Assembly: GCA_039591655.1 (NCBI GenBank)
Contig: JBDHDE010000004.1
Location: 11,130 to 75,129 of the forward strand
DNA: 64,000 nt
Direction of reading: 5' to 3'
Origin: Gemmatimonadota bacterium
GTDB taxonomy: Bacteria; Gemmatimonadota; Gemmatimonadetes; Gemmatimonadales; GWC2-71-9
The first letter of the stretch is position 1. Each line of letters starts with the position of its first letter. Positions 1 to 9,269 of this stretch are shown in pieces. The position numbers were made by a program, and so were the translations under genes. The notes beneath the pieces are model-generated. The model was not told where the DNA came from. It did no database searches and saw only the letters and a list, made by a program, of their open reading frames with translations.

Positions 1-1
1 C

Positions 2-1153
2 AAGCGCGTGTTCCTGTTGAACAACGTGCACGAGGATGAGCCCGCCGTGTTCGAGACCCGCTGGGTGATGTCTTATCTGCGGGGGCCGCTGACCCGCGAT
101 CAGATCAAGCGGCTCGTCAAACCCCGCCGCCAGCAGGCGCGCGGCGAAGAACGGGCAGGAGCGAAGTCCAGGGCCGGCCGTCCGGCCGCGACGGCGGCCA
201 GCGGCGAGCGGCCAATGCTGCCCCCGTCGATTGCCCAGCACTTCATCCCCTGGCGTGGGGAGCGGGAGGCCGATGCCACCCCGGTGTACCGGCCGGGGCT
301 GCTCGCCGCCGCAAAGATCCGGTACTCCGACCGACGCACGAAGGTAGAGCATGCCGAGGAGACCGTGACGCTGGCAGAGTTGGCGGACGGTCCGGTGGTG
401 GTGGAGTGGGACGAGGCGGTGCAGGTCGATCTCGACGTGTCCGATCTGGAGCCGACCCCGGACGATGTGGCCCGCTTCGGTGAGCCACCGGCCGCCGCCG
501 GACAGAGGAAGAACTATACGGCATGGAAGCGCGAGTACCGGGATTGGCTCTACCGCAGCCGGGCAGTCACGCTCTTCAAGAGCCCCACGTTCAAAGAGTA
601 CTCGCAACCCTGCGAGTCCGAGCGCGACTTCCGAGTGCGGCTGCGGCAGCGGGCGCGGGAACAGCGTGATGCAGCGCTCGAGAAGTTGCGCAAGAAGTAC
701 GGGAAGAAGATCGCGACCCTCGAGGAACGAGTGAGGCGGGCCGAGCAGGCCATGGAGCGAGAGGCAGAGCAGGCGAAGCAGGCGAAGATGCAGACGGCGA
801 TCTCGTTCGGCGCTACGCTGCTCACCGCCATGATGGGTCGCAAGGCCGCGTCCCGCTCGTCACTGGGCCGTGCCACGACTACAGCGCGGGGGGTCGGCCG
901 CTCGATGAGGGAGTCGCAGGACGTGGGCCGTGCCCGGGCCACGCTTAGATCCCACCAGCAGAGGCTGGGCGACCTCGAGGCGGAGTTCGAGGCGGAGACC
1001 GAGGAGCTCCGGGTGCTATACGACCCAACCACCGTGGAGCTGGAGGAGGTGCAGGTCCGGCCCAAGAAGAAGGACATCGCCGTGAGCATGGTGGCGCTCG
1101 CATGGGCTCCGTACTGGGAGCGGTCAGCTGGCGAGGCCGTGCCCGCGTGGTGA
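2..1153 (+). CDS. C-terminal part of a large protein with a coiled-coil region, probably a HerA/DUF87-like ATP-binding protein (5' truncated by window edge)
   Basis: Frame is open from base 2. FLLNNVHEDEPAVFETRWVMSYLRGPLT resembles the segment that follows the ATPase domain in this family as I recall it. Long E/R/K/Q-rich helical stretch. No Walker motif inside the window. Confidence 0.5.
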   Translation, partial: KRVFLLNNVHEDEPAVFETRWVMSYLRGPLTRDQIKRLVKPRRQQARGEERAGAKSRAGRPAATAASGERPMLPPSIAQHFIPWRGEREADATPVYRPGLLAAAKIRYSDRRTKVEHAEETVTLAELADGPVVVEWDEAVQVDLDVSDLEPTPDDVARFGEPPAAAGQRKNYTAWKREYRDWLYRSRAVTLFKSPTFKEYSQPCESERDFRVRLRQRAREQRDAALEKLRKKYGKKIATLEERVRRAEQAMEREAEQAKQAKMQTAISFGATLLTAMMGRKAASRSSLGRATTTARGVGRSMRESQDVGRARATLRSHQQRLGDLEAEFEAETEELRVLYDPTTVELEEVQVRPKKKDIAVSMVALAWAPYWERSAGEAVPAW

Positions 1154-1177
1154 GGGCCTAGGCCGGACCGGCGTGCG

Positions 1178-1525
1178 TCACGCCCGGATCATGGTGAGCG
1201 TCATCTTGAACCGCTGATCCGCCCGCACCGCGTGGGGCCGGTTCCCGGGCATGATGATCGCATCTCCTTGATGCAGGCGGGAGGGCTCGCCGGCGATTGT
1301 GATCTCGGCCTCGCCGTCGAGCACTACCACCAGGGCGTCGAAGGGAACGGTGTGCTCGCTGAGGCTCTCCCCCGCGTCGAACGCGAACAGGGTCACGGAG
1401 CCGGTCTGGCGCTTGAGGATCGTCCGGCTCACGACGGCTCCCGCTTGGTAGCTCACGAGGTCAGCGAGAGGCGCGGCGCTGCCGGCGAGATCGCCGGGGT
1501 CGGATGGGGCGCGGTCGGCTGTCAT
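1178..1525 (-). CDS. Cupin domain protein (115 aa)
   Basis: VTLFAFDAGESLSEHT...VLDGEAEITI...PHAVRA cupin motifs. Start moved to ATG 1525; the upstream part of the long ORF looks non-coding. Confidence 0.85.
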   Translation of the reverse strand: MTADRAPSDPGDLAGSAAPLADLVSYQAGAVVSRTILKRQTGSVTLFAFDAGESLSEHTVPFDALVVVLDGEAEITIAGEPSRLHQGDAIIMPGNRPHAVRADQRFKMTLTMIRA

Positions 1526-1865
1526 GGCGTCTGCCCGGCGTAGTATGCGATAACAGGGATGCTGGGGCCCTAACGGCTGTTGCACGATCCACCAGTACGA
1601 ACACCCCGGGTCGCCCGGCGCGCCAGTCCTGACCTCGCGGCCTCCCCCGAAATCCCTGACCGCGCCCTCCTGCCGGACCAGCCCACCACTCTGGGCGAGA
1701 TGCCAGGTGTGGGAAGGAATCGGCTGCGGGCTCGAGTTCCGGAACCGTCGCCCCCTTTGGGGGTTACGGACCATGGTAGGGCCCCAGCTGGGGCGCGGCC
1801 CGACGCTTCTGGCGCGGCGGTCCGAAAAGCCATTACATTTGTAGACTTTCCCTAGCCAGGAGGCC

Positions 1866-2309
1866 ATGCCCATGGCGACGGTGCTCGACATCCTGGGGCG
1901 GAAGGGTGGTGAGGTAGTCTCGATGGCCGCTGACGAAACGGTGCTGAATGCGGCGCGCACTATGAACGAGCGCGGCATCGGCAGCGTCGTCGTAACCGAG
2001 GACGGCAATGTCGTCGGCATCTTCACGGAGCGCGATGTGCTGCGGCGCGTGGTGGCGGAGCAGAAGGACCCGGCCAACACGTCGGTGCGTGAGGTCATGA
2101 CCTCCCCCGTGATCACGTGTCGACCCGAGGCCGGTCTGGAGGAGTGCGCCGCCGTCTTCACCGAGAAGCGGGTACGGCACCTGCCCGTGGTGGACGACGG
2201 GGGTCTCCGGGGCATGATCACCAGCGGGGACATCTTGGCTCACCAGATGGAGGAGCAGAAGGACACCATCAAGTATCTGAATAGCTACGTCTTCGATCTG
2301 CGGAGCTGA
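1866..2309 (+). CDS. CBS domain pair protein
   Basis: GIFTERD, VREVMT, VRHLPVVD, GMITSGD; AGGAGG RBS just upstream. Confidence 0.9.
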   Translation: MPMATVLDILGRKGGEVVSMAADETVLNAARTMNERGIGSVVVTEDGNVVGIFTERDVLRRVVAEQKDPANTSVREVMTSPVITCRPEAGLEECAAVFTEKRVRHLPVVDDGGLRGMITSGDILAHQMEEQKDTIKYLNSYVFDLRS

Positions 2310-2337
2310 TCGCCGCTCCCTTTCCCGGAGCTGTTCC

Positions 2338-5175
2338 ATGAAGCACCGCGTTCTGCAAGCGGCCTGCGTCGTTACCCTCGGCGCGGCCGTTTGTCGCGTC
2401 GGGGCCGCGCAGCAAGTGCCGGCCGTCACCGTCAGCACGCAGGCGGCGGACACGCTGCCCGCGGACCCGCGTGTCACCGTCGGCGTCCTGGAGAACGGTC
2501 TCCGGTACTACATCCGGGCCAACGGACGTCCCGAGCAGCGCGCGGAGCTGCGGCTCGTGGTGAACGCCGGTTCCGTGCTGGAGGACGATGACCAGCGGGG
2601 TCTGGCCCACTTCGTCGAGCACATGGCGTTCAACGGCACCAGGCATTTCCCCAAACAGGAGCTGGTGGACTACCTGGAGCTGATTGGCATGCGGTTCGGC
2701 CCGGACCTGAATGCGTTCACCCAGTTCGACGAGACCGTGTACATGCTGACGGTGCCTACCGACAGTGCCGTGATACTCGAGCAGGCGTTCCAGATCCTGG
2801 AGGATTGGGCACAGCACCAGCTGTTCGACTCGCTGGAGATCGAGAGAGAGCGGGGCGTGGTGCTGGAGGAGTGGCGCCTGGGACAGGGCGCGGGATCGCG
2901 CATGCGGGACAAGCAGCTCCCCATCCTGTTTCGTGGATCCCGCTATGCCGTCCGCCTCCCCATCGGTGAGCGGGACGTGCTGGAGACCTTTGACCACGAG
3001 GCGCTCAAGCGGTACTACGCCCGGTGGTACCGGCCGGACCTCATGGCTGTGGTGGCGGTGGGCGATTTCGACGTGGAGGCGATCGAGGGGCTGATCCGCC
3101 AGCACTTCGAACCTCTCGCCGTCCCGGAGGAGCCGGCGGCGCGTCCCGTCTACGGCGTGCCGGACCACGAGGGCACCCTGTTTGCGATCGCCACCGACGC
3201 CGAAGCCACCAACTCACAGATCGCGGTCTACTTCAAGCAAGCCCTGCGACCGGCGGGTACTGTGGCCGACTACCGCCAGGCGCTGGTTGAGGCGCTCTAC
3301 AATCAGATGCTCAGCCAACGCCTCTTCGAGCTCACCCAGACCGCCGAGCCACCCTACCTGGGCGCCTTCTCGGGTCAGGGACGGATCGTGCGCTCGAAGG
3401 AGGTCTACATGTTGGCGGCCCTCGTGCAGGAGGGCGGACTCATCACGGGGCTGGAGGCGCTGCTGACCGAGGCGGAGCGGGTGGCCCGCTACGGGTTCGC
3501 CGCCTCGGAGCTCGACCGGGCCAAGACCGAGCTGCTGCGTGGTCTGGAGCAGGCCTACGATGAGCGGGAGAACACGGACTCCCGGATGCATGTCGCAGAG
3601 TACCTGCGGCACTTTCTCGAGGGGGAGCCGTTTCCCGGCATCGAGTACGAGTTCGCGCTCACCGGCGAGCTCCTTCCCACCATCGGTCTCGCCGAGGTGA
3701 ATCGGCTGGCGAGTGAGTGGATCACCGAGGGCAACCGAGCGGTGCTGGTCAACGCTCCGGAGAAGGAAGGGCTCCAGACGCCCAACGAGGCTGCCTTGAC
3801 CGCCGTATTCCTGGACGTGGCGGCGAGGCCCATCGAGCCGTACGAGGACGCCGTGGCCGACGTGCCGCTGGTAGCGGACATGCCGGCTGCGGGGCGCGTG
3901 GTGCGGCAGGAGAGCGTCGAGGAAGTCGGGCTCACGATTTGGGAGTTGGCTAACGGCGCTCGGGTGCTGCTCAAGCCCACCGACTTCAAGGATGACGAGA
4001 TCCTGTTCGATGCGTGGAGCCCAGGTGGTACGTCCCTGGCTGCCGACGAGAGCTACGTCGCCGCGACGACCGCCGCCGGTGTCGTGCGCACGAGCGGTGC
4101 GGGGGCATTCACCCTGGTCGAGCTGGACAAGGCGCTGGCCGGCCGTGCGGCGAGCGTGCGGCCCTACGTTTCCTCACTGTACGAAGGGCTCTCGGGCAGT
4201 GCCTCGCCGCAAGACATCGAGACGCTGTTCCAACTCATCTACCTGTACGCAACGGCCCCGCGGCGGGACAGCACGTTGTTCGCCTCCTACCAGACCCGTA
4301 TCAAGGCCAGCCTCGAGAACCGCAGCGCGAGTCCGGAGATCGCGTTCTGGGATACCGTGGACGTGGTGCTCAGCCAGCATCACTTCCGGCGGCGGCCCCC
4401 CACGGCCGCGCTGTACGACGAGATGGATCTGGACGAGTCGCTGGCGTTCTACCGCGACCGCTTCGCCGATGCCGGCGACTTCACCTTCGTCTTCGTGGGT
4501 CGCTTCGATCCTGACTCCCTCCGCCCCCTCGTGGAGGCCTACCTGGGGAGCCTCCCGTCCATCGATCGCGAGGAGAGTTGGCGGGACGAGGGTATCGAGC
4601 CGCCCACGGGAGTGATCCGGCGGACGGTCCAGCGGGGCGTGGAGCCCAAGAGCCTCACGGTGCTGGCGTTCACCGGCGGCTTCGAGTATACGAATGAGAA
4701 CCGCTACGTGCTGCGGTCGCTGGACGAAGTGCTCCAGATCCGGTTGCGGGAGCGCCTGCGCGAGGATCTGGGTGGGACCTACGGCGTGGGTGTGCGGAGC
4801 TCAGCGGTTCCTGTTCCAACCGCGGAGTACTCGATCTTCATAGAGTTCGGCTCGGCGCCTGAGCGGGTGGAGGAGCTGGTGGGTGTCGTGTTCCAGCAGC
4901 TCGACAGCCTCGGCAGGGAGGGGCCAACGGACGAGGAGCTCGACAAGGTGAAGGAGGCCCAGCGCAGGGCGCGGGAGACCCGTCTGAGGCAGAACGGATT
5001 CTGGCTGTCACTGCTGCTGCTGTACGATCGCTATGGGCTCGAGCTTGCCGACGTCGGGAGGTTCGAGGCTCTAGTGGAGAGCCTGGACGCGCGTATGATT
5101 CAGGAAGCCGCGCGGCGGTATCTGCGGCCCGACAATTACGTCGAGGTGACGCTCTACCCGGAGACGATGAACTAG
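2338..5175 (+). CDS. M16 (insulinase/PqqL-like) zinc metallopeptidase, exported
   Basis: GLAHFVEHMAFNG inverted HxxEH motif, LENGL and LANG domain starts, LREDLGGTYG, N-terminal signal peptide. Confidence 0.93.
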   Translation: MKHRVLQAACVVTLGAAVCRVGAAQQVPAVTVSTQAADTLPADPRVTVGVLENGLRYYIRANGRPEQRAELRLVVNAGSVLEDDDQRGLAHFVEHMAFNGTRHFPKQELVDYLELIGMRFGPDLNAFTQFDETVYMLTVPTDSAVILEQAFQILEDWAQHQLFDSLEIERERGVVLEEWRLGQGAGSRMRDKQLPILFRGSRYAVRLPIGERDVLETFDHEALKRYYARWYRPDLMAVVAVGDFDVEAIEGLIRQHFEPLAVPEEPAARPVYGVPDHEGTLFAIATDAEATNSQIAVYFKQALRPAGTVADYRQALVEALYNQMLSQRLFELTQTAEPPYLGAFSGQGRIVRSKEVYMLAALVQEGGLITGLEALLTEAERVARYGFAASELDRAKTELLRGLEQAYDERENTDSRMHVAEYLRHFLEGEPFPGIEYEFALTGELLPTIGLAEVNRLASEWITEGNRAVLVNAPEKEGLQTPNEAALTAVFLDVAARPIEPYEDAVADVPLVADMPAAGRVVRQESVEEVGLTIWELANGARVLLKPTDFKDDEILFDAWSPGGTSLAADESYVAATTAAGVVRTSGAGAFTLVELDKALAGRAASVRPYVSSLYEGLSGSASPQDIETLFQLIYLYATAPRRDSTLFASYQTRIKASLENRSASPEIAFWDTVDVVLSQHHFRRRPPTAALYDEMDLDESLAFYRDRFADAGDFTFVFVGRFDPDSLRPLVEAYLGSLPSIDREESWRDEGIEPPTGVIRRTVQRGVEPKSLTVLAFTGGFEYTNENRYVLRSLDEVLQIRLRERLREDLGGTYGVGVRSSAVPVPTAEYSIFIEFGSAPERVEELVGVVFQQLDSLGREGPTDEELDKVKEAQRRARETRLRQNGFWLSLLLLYDRYGLELADVGRFEALVESLDARMIQEAARRYLRPDNYVEVTLYPETMN

Positions 5176-5619
5176 ATGGCCGCTTGGCGGCTCACCGCCT
5201 GTGTCCTGCTGGTCTCCGGATGCGTAGAGTCCATCGAGCCGGACTGCGCGCTCCCGGCGGGCGGAGTCGTGCTCCGCGACGCTGACTCCACCGTCATGGT
5301 GAGCCCGCTGTTCGCCGGCGCCCAGGTGGACTCGCTGGGGCTGTATGCCGGTCGTATCCTGCTCCTCCCCGAGGCGGCTGTGGCGGAGCACGCCCACGCA
5401 GACGCCGAGGAACTGGTGTTCGTAACCTGCGGCGGGGGCGAGATGATCCTGGACGGAGTGGAGCACGTGCTCGAGACCGGCACCTCCCTGCGCATCCCGC
5501 GGGACGCGCAGCATACGGTCATGGCGGGCCCGCGGGGGCTCCTGGCCGTGCAGGTGTACCGGCCTGGAGGGCCGGGGAAGCGATTCTACGATTGGGCTGC
5601 CATGCTGGGGGAGCGGTGA
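5176..5619 (+). CDS. Cupin domain lipoprotein
   Basis: Lipobox-like LVSGC; HAHADAEE plus a later H as the metal motif; ATG directly follows the M16 stop codon. Confidence 0.7.
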   Translation: MAAWRLTACVLLVSGCVESIEPDCALPAGGVVLRDADSTVMVSPLFAGAQVDSLGLYAGRILLLPEAAVAEHAHADAEELVFVTCGGGEMILDGVEHVLETGTSLRIPRDAQHTVMAGPRGLLAVQVYRPGGPGKRFYDWAAMLGER

Positions 5620-5650
5620 TCTGACTGCCGGGTGACGGAGGAGGTGGATC

Positions 5651-6472
5651 GTGTTCGAGGCCCGTCGGCCTGCCGTGGCAGGCATGTTCTATCCCGCCGA
5701 TCCTGACGAGCTTCACGCCATGGTAGACGAGATGCTCGCGGAAGTCGACGCGGAGCGCACACCGGCGCGGGCGGCCATTGCGCCGCACGCGGGGCTCATC
5801 TACTCGGGGCGCTGCGCCGCACACGTGTGGGGGCGCCTGATCATTCCCGAGACGGTCGTCATCATCGCTCCCAATCACACTGGGCTCCAGGACAACCGCG
5901 GCGGCGCGGGCGCATGGGACCGAGGCGTGTTCGAGACGCCGCTGGGCAGCGTTCCGGTCGCCCACGAGTTTCTGGAGGAGGTAGAGGGCGAGTGCGCCCT
6001 CCTGCGACACGACCGAGCTGCGCACCTGCGGGAGCATGCCATCGAGGTCGAGCTGCCGTTTCTCAAGGTCCTGGCTCCTGAAGCGAAGCTCGCACCCATC
6101 GTGCTCGCGTGGGACGAGTGGAAACGCGCGAAGGAGCTGGCTCAAGCGCTGGCGGCCGCCGTTTCCCGCTCGTCCACCGGTGTGCTGCTGGTGGCCTCCT
6201 CGGACATGACCCACTATGAATCCGCGTCGACTGCTGCCCGCAAGGACGAGCTGGCGCTGGCGGCCGTCGGGCGCCTCGATGGTGAGGAGCTGCTGCAGGT
6301 GTGCCGCAGGGAGGGCGTCACGATGTGCGGCCGGGGGCCCGCGGCTGTCGTGGTCGAGACCGCGCGGCAACTCGGCGCCAACAGCGCCGAAATCGTGGAC
6401 TATCGGCACAGTGGGTGGGTGACCGGCGACGATTCAGAGGTCGTAGCCTACGCAGGAGTCGTGATCAACTAG
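5651..6472 (+). CDS. amrB: AmmeMemoRadiSam system protein B (MEMO1 family)
   Basis: RRPAVAGMFYP, APHAGLIYSG, EHAIEVELPFL, ASSDMTHY, TMCG, VVAYAG; GGAGG RBS. Confidence 0.9.
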   Translation: MFEARRPAVAGMFYPADPDELHAMVDEMLAEVDAERTPARAAIAPHAGLIYSGRCAAHVWGRLIIPETVVIIAPNHTGLQDNRGGAGAWDRGVFETPLGSVPVAHEFLEEVEGECALLRHDRAAHLREHAIEVELPFLKVLAPEAKLAPIVLAWDEWKRAKELAQALAAAVSRSSTGVLLVASSDMTHYESASTAARKDELALAAVGRLDGEELLQVCRREGVTMCGRGPAAVVVETARQLGANSAEIVDYRHSGWVTGDDSEVVAYAGVVIN

Positions 6473-6494
6473 CGTCGTAGGGGTGGACTGGCGA

Positions 6495-9251
6495 ATGTCG
6501 GACCAGAAGAAGACCAAGGCTCAGCTCATCGAGGAGCTCACGGTACTGCGGCGGCAGCTCGCGGAGTACCAGCGCGTCGAGGCAGCTCACGAGGCGACCG
6601 AGGACGCGCTGCGCACCGAGAAGGCCTTGCTCGACGAGCTATTCCAGCACGCCCCCGAGGCCGTGGTCCTGGTCAACAACGAGAGCTTCATTCTACGGGC
6701 CAACCAGTTCTTCACGACGGTGTTCGGTTACACCGAGGAGGAGGTCGTCGGCAAGAACATCGACGTGCTGCTGGCGCCGGATCACCTGACCGATGAGGCC
6801 AAGGGCTATACCGGGCAGGTCGCCCGGGGGGAGCGGCTCTACGCCGAGACCGTGCGCCAGCACAAGGACGGCACGCTGGTGGACGTCTCGATTCTGGGCG
6901 TCCCGATCCGGGTGGCGGGGGGACAGGTGGCCGTCTACGGGATCTACCGCGACATCACCGAGCGCAAGCGGTCCGAGCGCGCGATCAAAGAGAGTGAGGA
7001 GCGCTACCGTAAGCTGTTCGAGAACGCTCCCATCGGGCTCGGCGTGGCCGACGTCGAGGGGAATCTCGTGGAGTTCAACGAGAGCATCCTGAGGCCGGGT
7101 GGATACACGCGTGAGGAGATCCTGGAGATCGGCAACGTCGCGAAGCTTTACGCGGATCCCGAGGAGCGGGAGCGGGTGCTTGCCAAGGCCCGGCGCCAGG
7201 GCTTCCTGCGGCAGGAGGAGGTGCGGTTCAAGCGCCGGGACGGCAGCGTCTACAACGCGCGGCTCTCCCTCACGCCCATCACTGTCAACGGTGGCGCCGG
7301 CTGGCAGGCGATGGTGGAGGACATCACCGAGCGCAAGCGGGCCGAGGAGATTCTGATCCGGGAGAAGAACTTCTCGGACATGTCCATCGACAGCCTGCCT
7401 GGCATCTTCTACCTGGTGGACGAGACCGGCAAGTTCATTCGCTGGAACAGGAACCTGTCGCACGTGTCCGGATACTCGGATGCGGAGATCAGCCGGATGC
7501 ATCCGCTCGACTTCTTCACCGGCGAGCAGCGGGAACGGATGGGGCGCGGCATGCAGGACGTCCTGGCCAGAGGCAGGGCCACTGTCGAGATGGACCTGGT
7601 CGCCAAGGACGGGAGAAGGATCCCCTACTTCTTCACTGCACATCGCGTGCAGCTGGACGAGCGGCAGTGCCTCATCGGAACCGGCATCAACATCGCCGAG
7701 CGGCGCCGGGTGGAAGACGAGCTCCGCCGCTCCGAGGCCAAGTACCGCACTCTCGTGGAGCATGCCACCTACGGCATTTACCAGGCGAGCCTGGACGGGT
7801 GCTTCCGCTCGGGCAACCCGGCGCTGGTGGAGATGTTGGGCTACGAGTCGGAGGCGGAGTTGCTGGAACCCGGCACATGCGATGACGTGTACGCGGACGA
7901 ACAGCAGCGGGTGGAGCTCGTGGAGCTGTTTGCCGGCGGAGAGCGCATCGAGGGTGTCGAGATGGAGTGGAACCCCAAGCACGGCCGACAGATCACGGTG
8001 CGTCTTAGCGGCCGACCGCTGCGCACCGCGGGCGGTGAGCTCGAGGCATATCAGATGATCGCCGAGGATGTGACGGAGCGTCGCATACTCGAGGCCCAGC
8101 TGCGGCAGGCCCAGAAGATGGAGGCCATCGGTCAGCTCACCGGCGGCATCGCCCACGACTTCAACAACGTCCTCACGGTGATCCTGGCCAACGCCGACCT
8201 GATCGCCAGCGGGCTGCCACGGGAGTTGGCGCAGGTGCGTGCCGACGTGGAGGACATTCAGACGGCGGCCCGGCGCGGCAGCTCCCTTATCAAGAAGCTC
8301 CTCGGGTTCAGCCGACGCGAGCGCCTGGAAGTGCACCCCACGGATCTCACGCAGCTCATTGGCGAGCTGTCAGGGGTGCTGCGTCGGGTGGTGCCCGAGA
8401 GCATCGAGGTACAGGTCATCGGGAACGAGCCGGGCGCAACGGTACTTGCTGATCCCAGCGCCGTGGAGCAGATCGTGCTCAACCTGGCGACCAACTCCCG
8501 GGATGCCATGCCGGAGGGCGGCATCCTGCGGATTGAGGTGACACGGACCTGGCTGGACGAAGGGTATCGGGCGACACACCCGTGGGTGGATCCCGGCGAG
8601 TACATCTGCGTTACCTGCTCCGACACGGGCACAGGGATGGAGCGGGAGACGCTGGAGCGGGTGTTCGAGCCGTTCTTCACCACGAAGCCGCCAGGTGAGG
8701 GCACCGGTCTCGGGATGGCGATGATCTACGGCCTCGTGAAACAGCACGGGGGCTACGTCCACGTCTACTCCGAGATGGGTGAGGGCTCGACCGTCAACGT
8801 CTACTTCCCGGCGGCAACTGGGGAGGTCGGTGCGGCCAGGCTGGGGCCCCGGCTCGAAGAGCTACGGGGCAGCGGCGAGACAATCCTGGTCGTGGAGGAC
8901 GAGGATGGGATCCGGCGGGCCACCAAGCGGGCGCTGGAGGGGCGGGGTTACCAGGTGTTAGCGGCGGAGGACGGTGAGAAGGCGCTGGACGTCTTCCACC
9001 GGCACGAGGCGGACATCGATCTCATCATTTCGGATCTCGTCATGCCGCGGCTCGGCGGCAGGCAGTTCTACGAGGCCCTCCGGCAGGAGGGCAAGCGCCC
9101 CAGAATCATGTTCACGAGTGGGTACTCGTTGGACGACGTGAAGGCCGGCTCCGGCTTCCTGTCGGATGTGCCGTTCCTCCACAAGCCGTGGACCCTGACG
9201 GACCTGTTCGTGCGCGTCCGCCAGGTCCTCGGGCGGGAGCGCGGCGCCTAG
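6495..9251 (+). CDS. Cytoplasmic hybrid sensor histidine kinase (4 PAS/PAC, HisKA, HATPase, receiver)
   Basis: Repeated DITERK PAC ends, GGIAHDFNN H-box, FEPFFTTK and GTGLG boxes, receiver VVEDE...SDLVMP...KP. Start at 6495 or 6483. Confidence 0.93.
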   Translation: MSDQKKTKAQLIEELTVLRRQLAEYQRVEAAHEATEDALRTEKALLDELFQHAPEAVVLVNNESFILRANQFFTTVFGYTEEEVVGKNIDVLLAPDHLTDEAKGYTGQVARGERLYAETVRQHKDGTLVDVSILGVPIRVAGGQVAVYGIYRDITERKRSERAIKESEERYRKLFENAPIGLGVADVEGNLVEFNESILRPGGYTREEILEIGNVAKLYADPEERERVLAKARRQGFLRQEEVRFKRRDGSVYNARLSLTPITVNGGAGWQAMVEDITERKRAEEILIREKNFSDMSIDSLPGIFYLVDETGKFIRWNRNLSHVSGYSDAEISRMHPLDFFTGEQRERMGRGMQDVLARGRATVEMDLVAKDGRRIPYFFTAHRVQLDERQCLIGTGINIAERRRVEDELRRSEAKYRTLVEHATYGIYQASLDGCFRSGNPALVEMLGYESEAELLEPGTCDDVYADEQQRVELVELFAGGERIEGVEMEWNPKHGRQITVRLSGRPLRTAGGELEAYQMIAEDVTERRILEAQLRQAQKMEAIGQLTGGIAHDFNNVLTVILANADLIASGLPRELAQVRADVEDIQTAARRGSSLIKKLLGFSRRERLEVHPTDLTQLIGELSGVLRRVVPESIEVQVIGNEPGATVLADPSAVEQIVLNLATNSRDAMPEGGILRIEVTRTWLDEGYRATHPWVDPGEYICVTCSDTGTGMERETLERVFEPFFTTKPPGEGTGLGMAMIYGLVKQHGGYVHVYSEMGEGSTVNVYFPAATGEVGAARLGPRLEELRGSGETILVVEDEDGIRRATKRALEGRGYQVLAAEDGEKALDVFHRHEADIDLIISDLVMPRLGGRQFYEALRQEGKRPRIMFTSGYSLDDVKAGSGFLSDVPFLHKPWTLTDLFVRVRQVLGRERGA

Positions 9252-9269
9252 CCGGCTGTTGCCTTTCGG

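Noticed and set aside
1526..2233. N-terminal 236 aa of the 351-aa minus-strand ORF 1178..2233
   Set aside because: Antisense to the CBS gene and low-complexity; only the last 115 aa are cupin-like.
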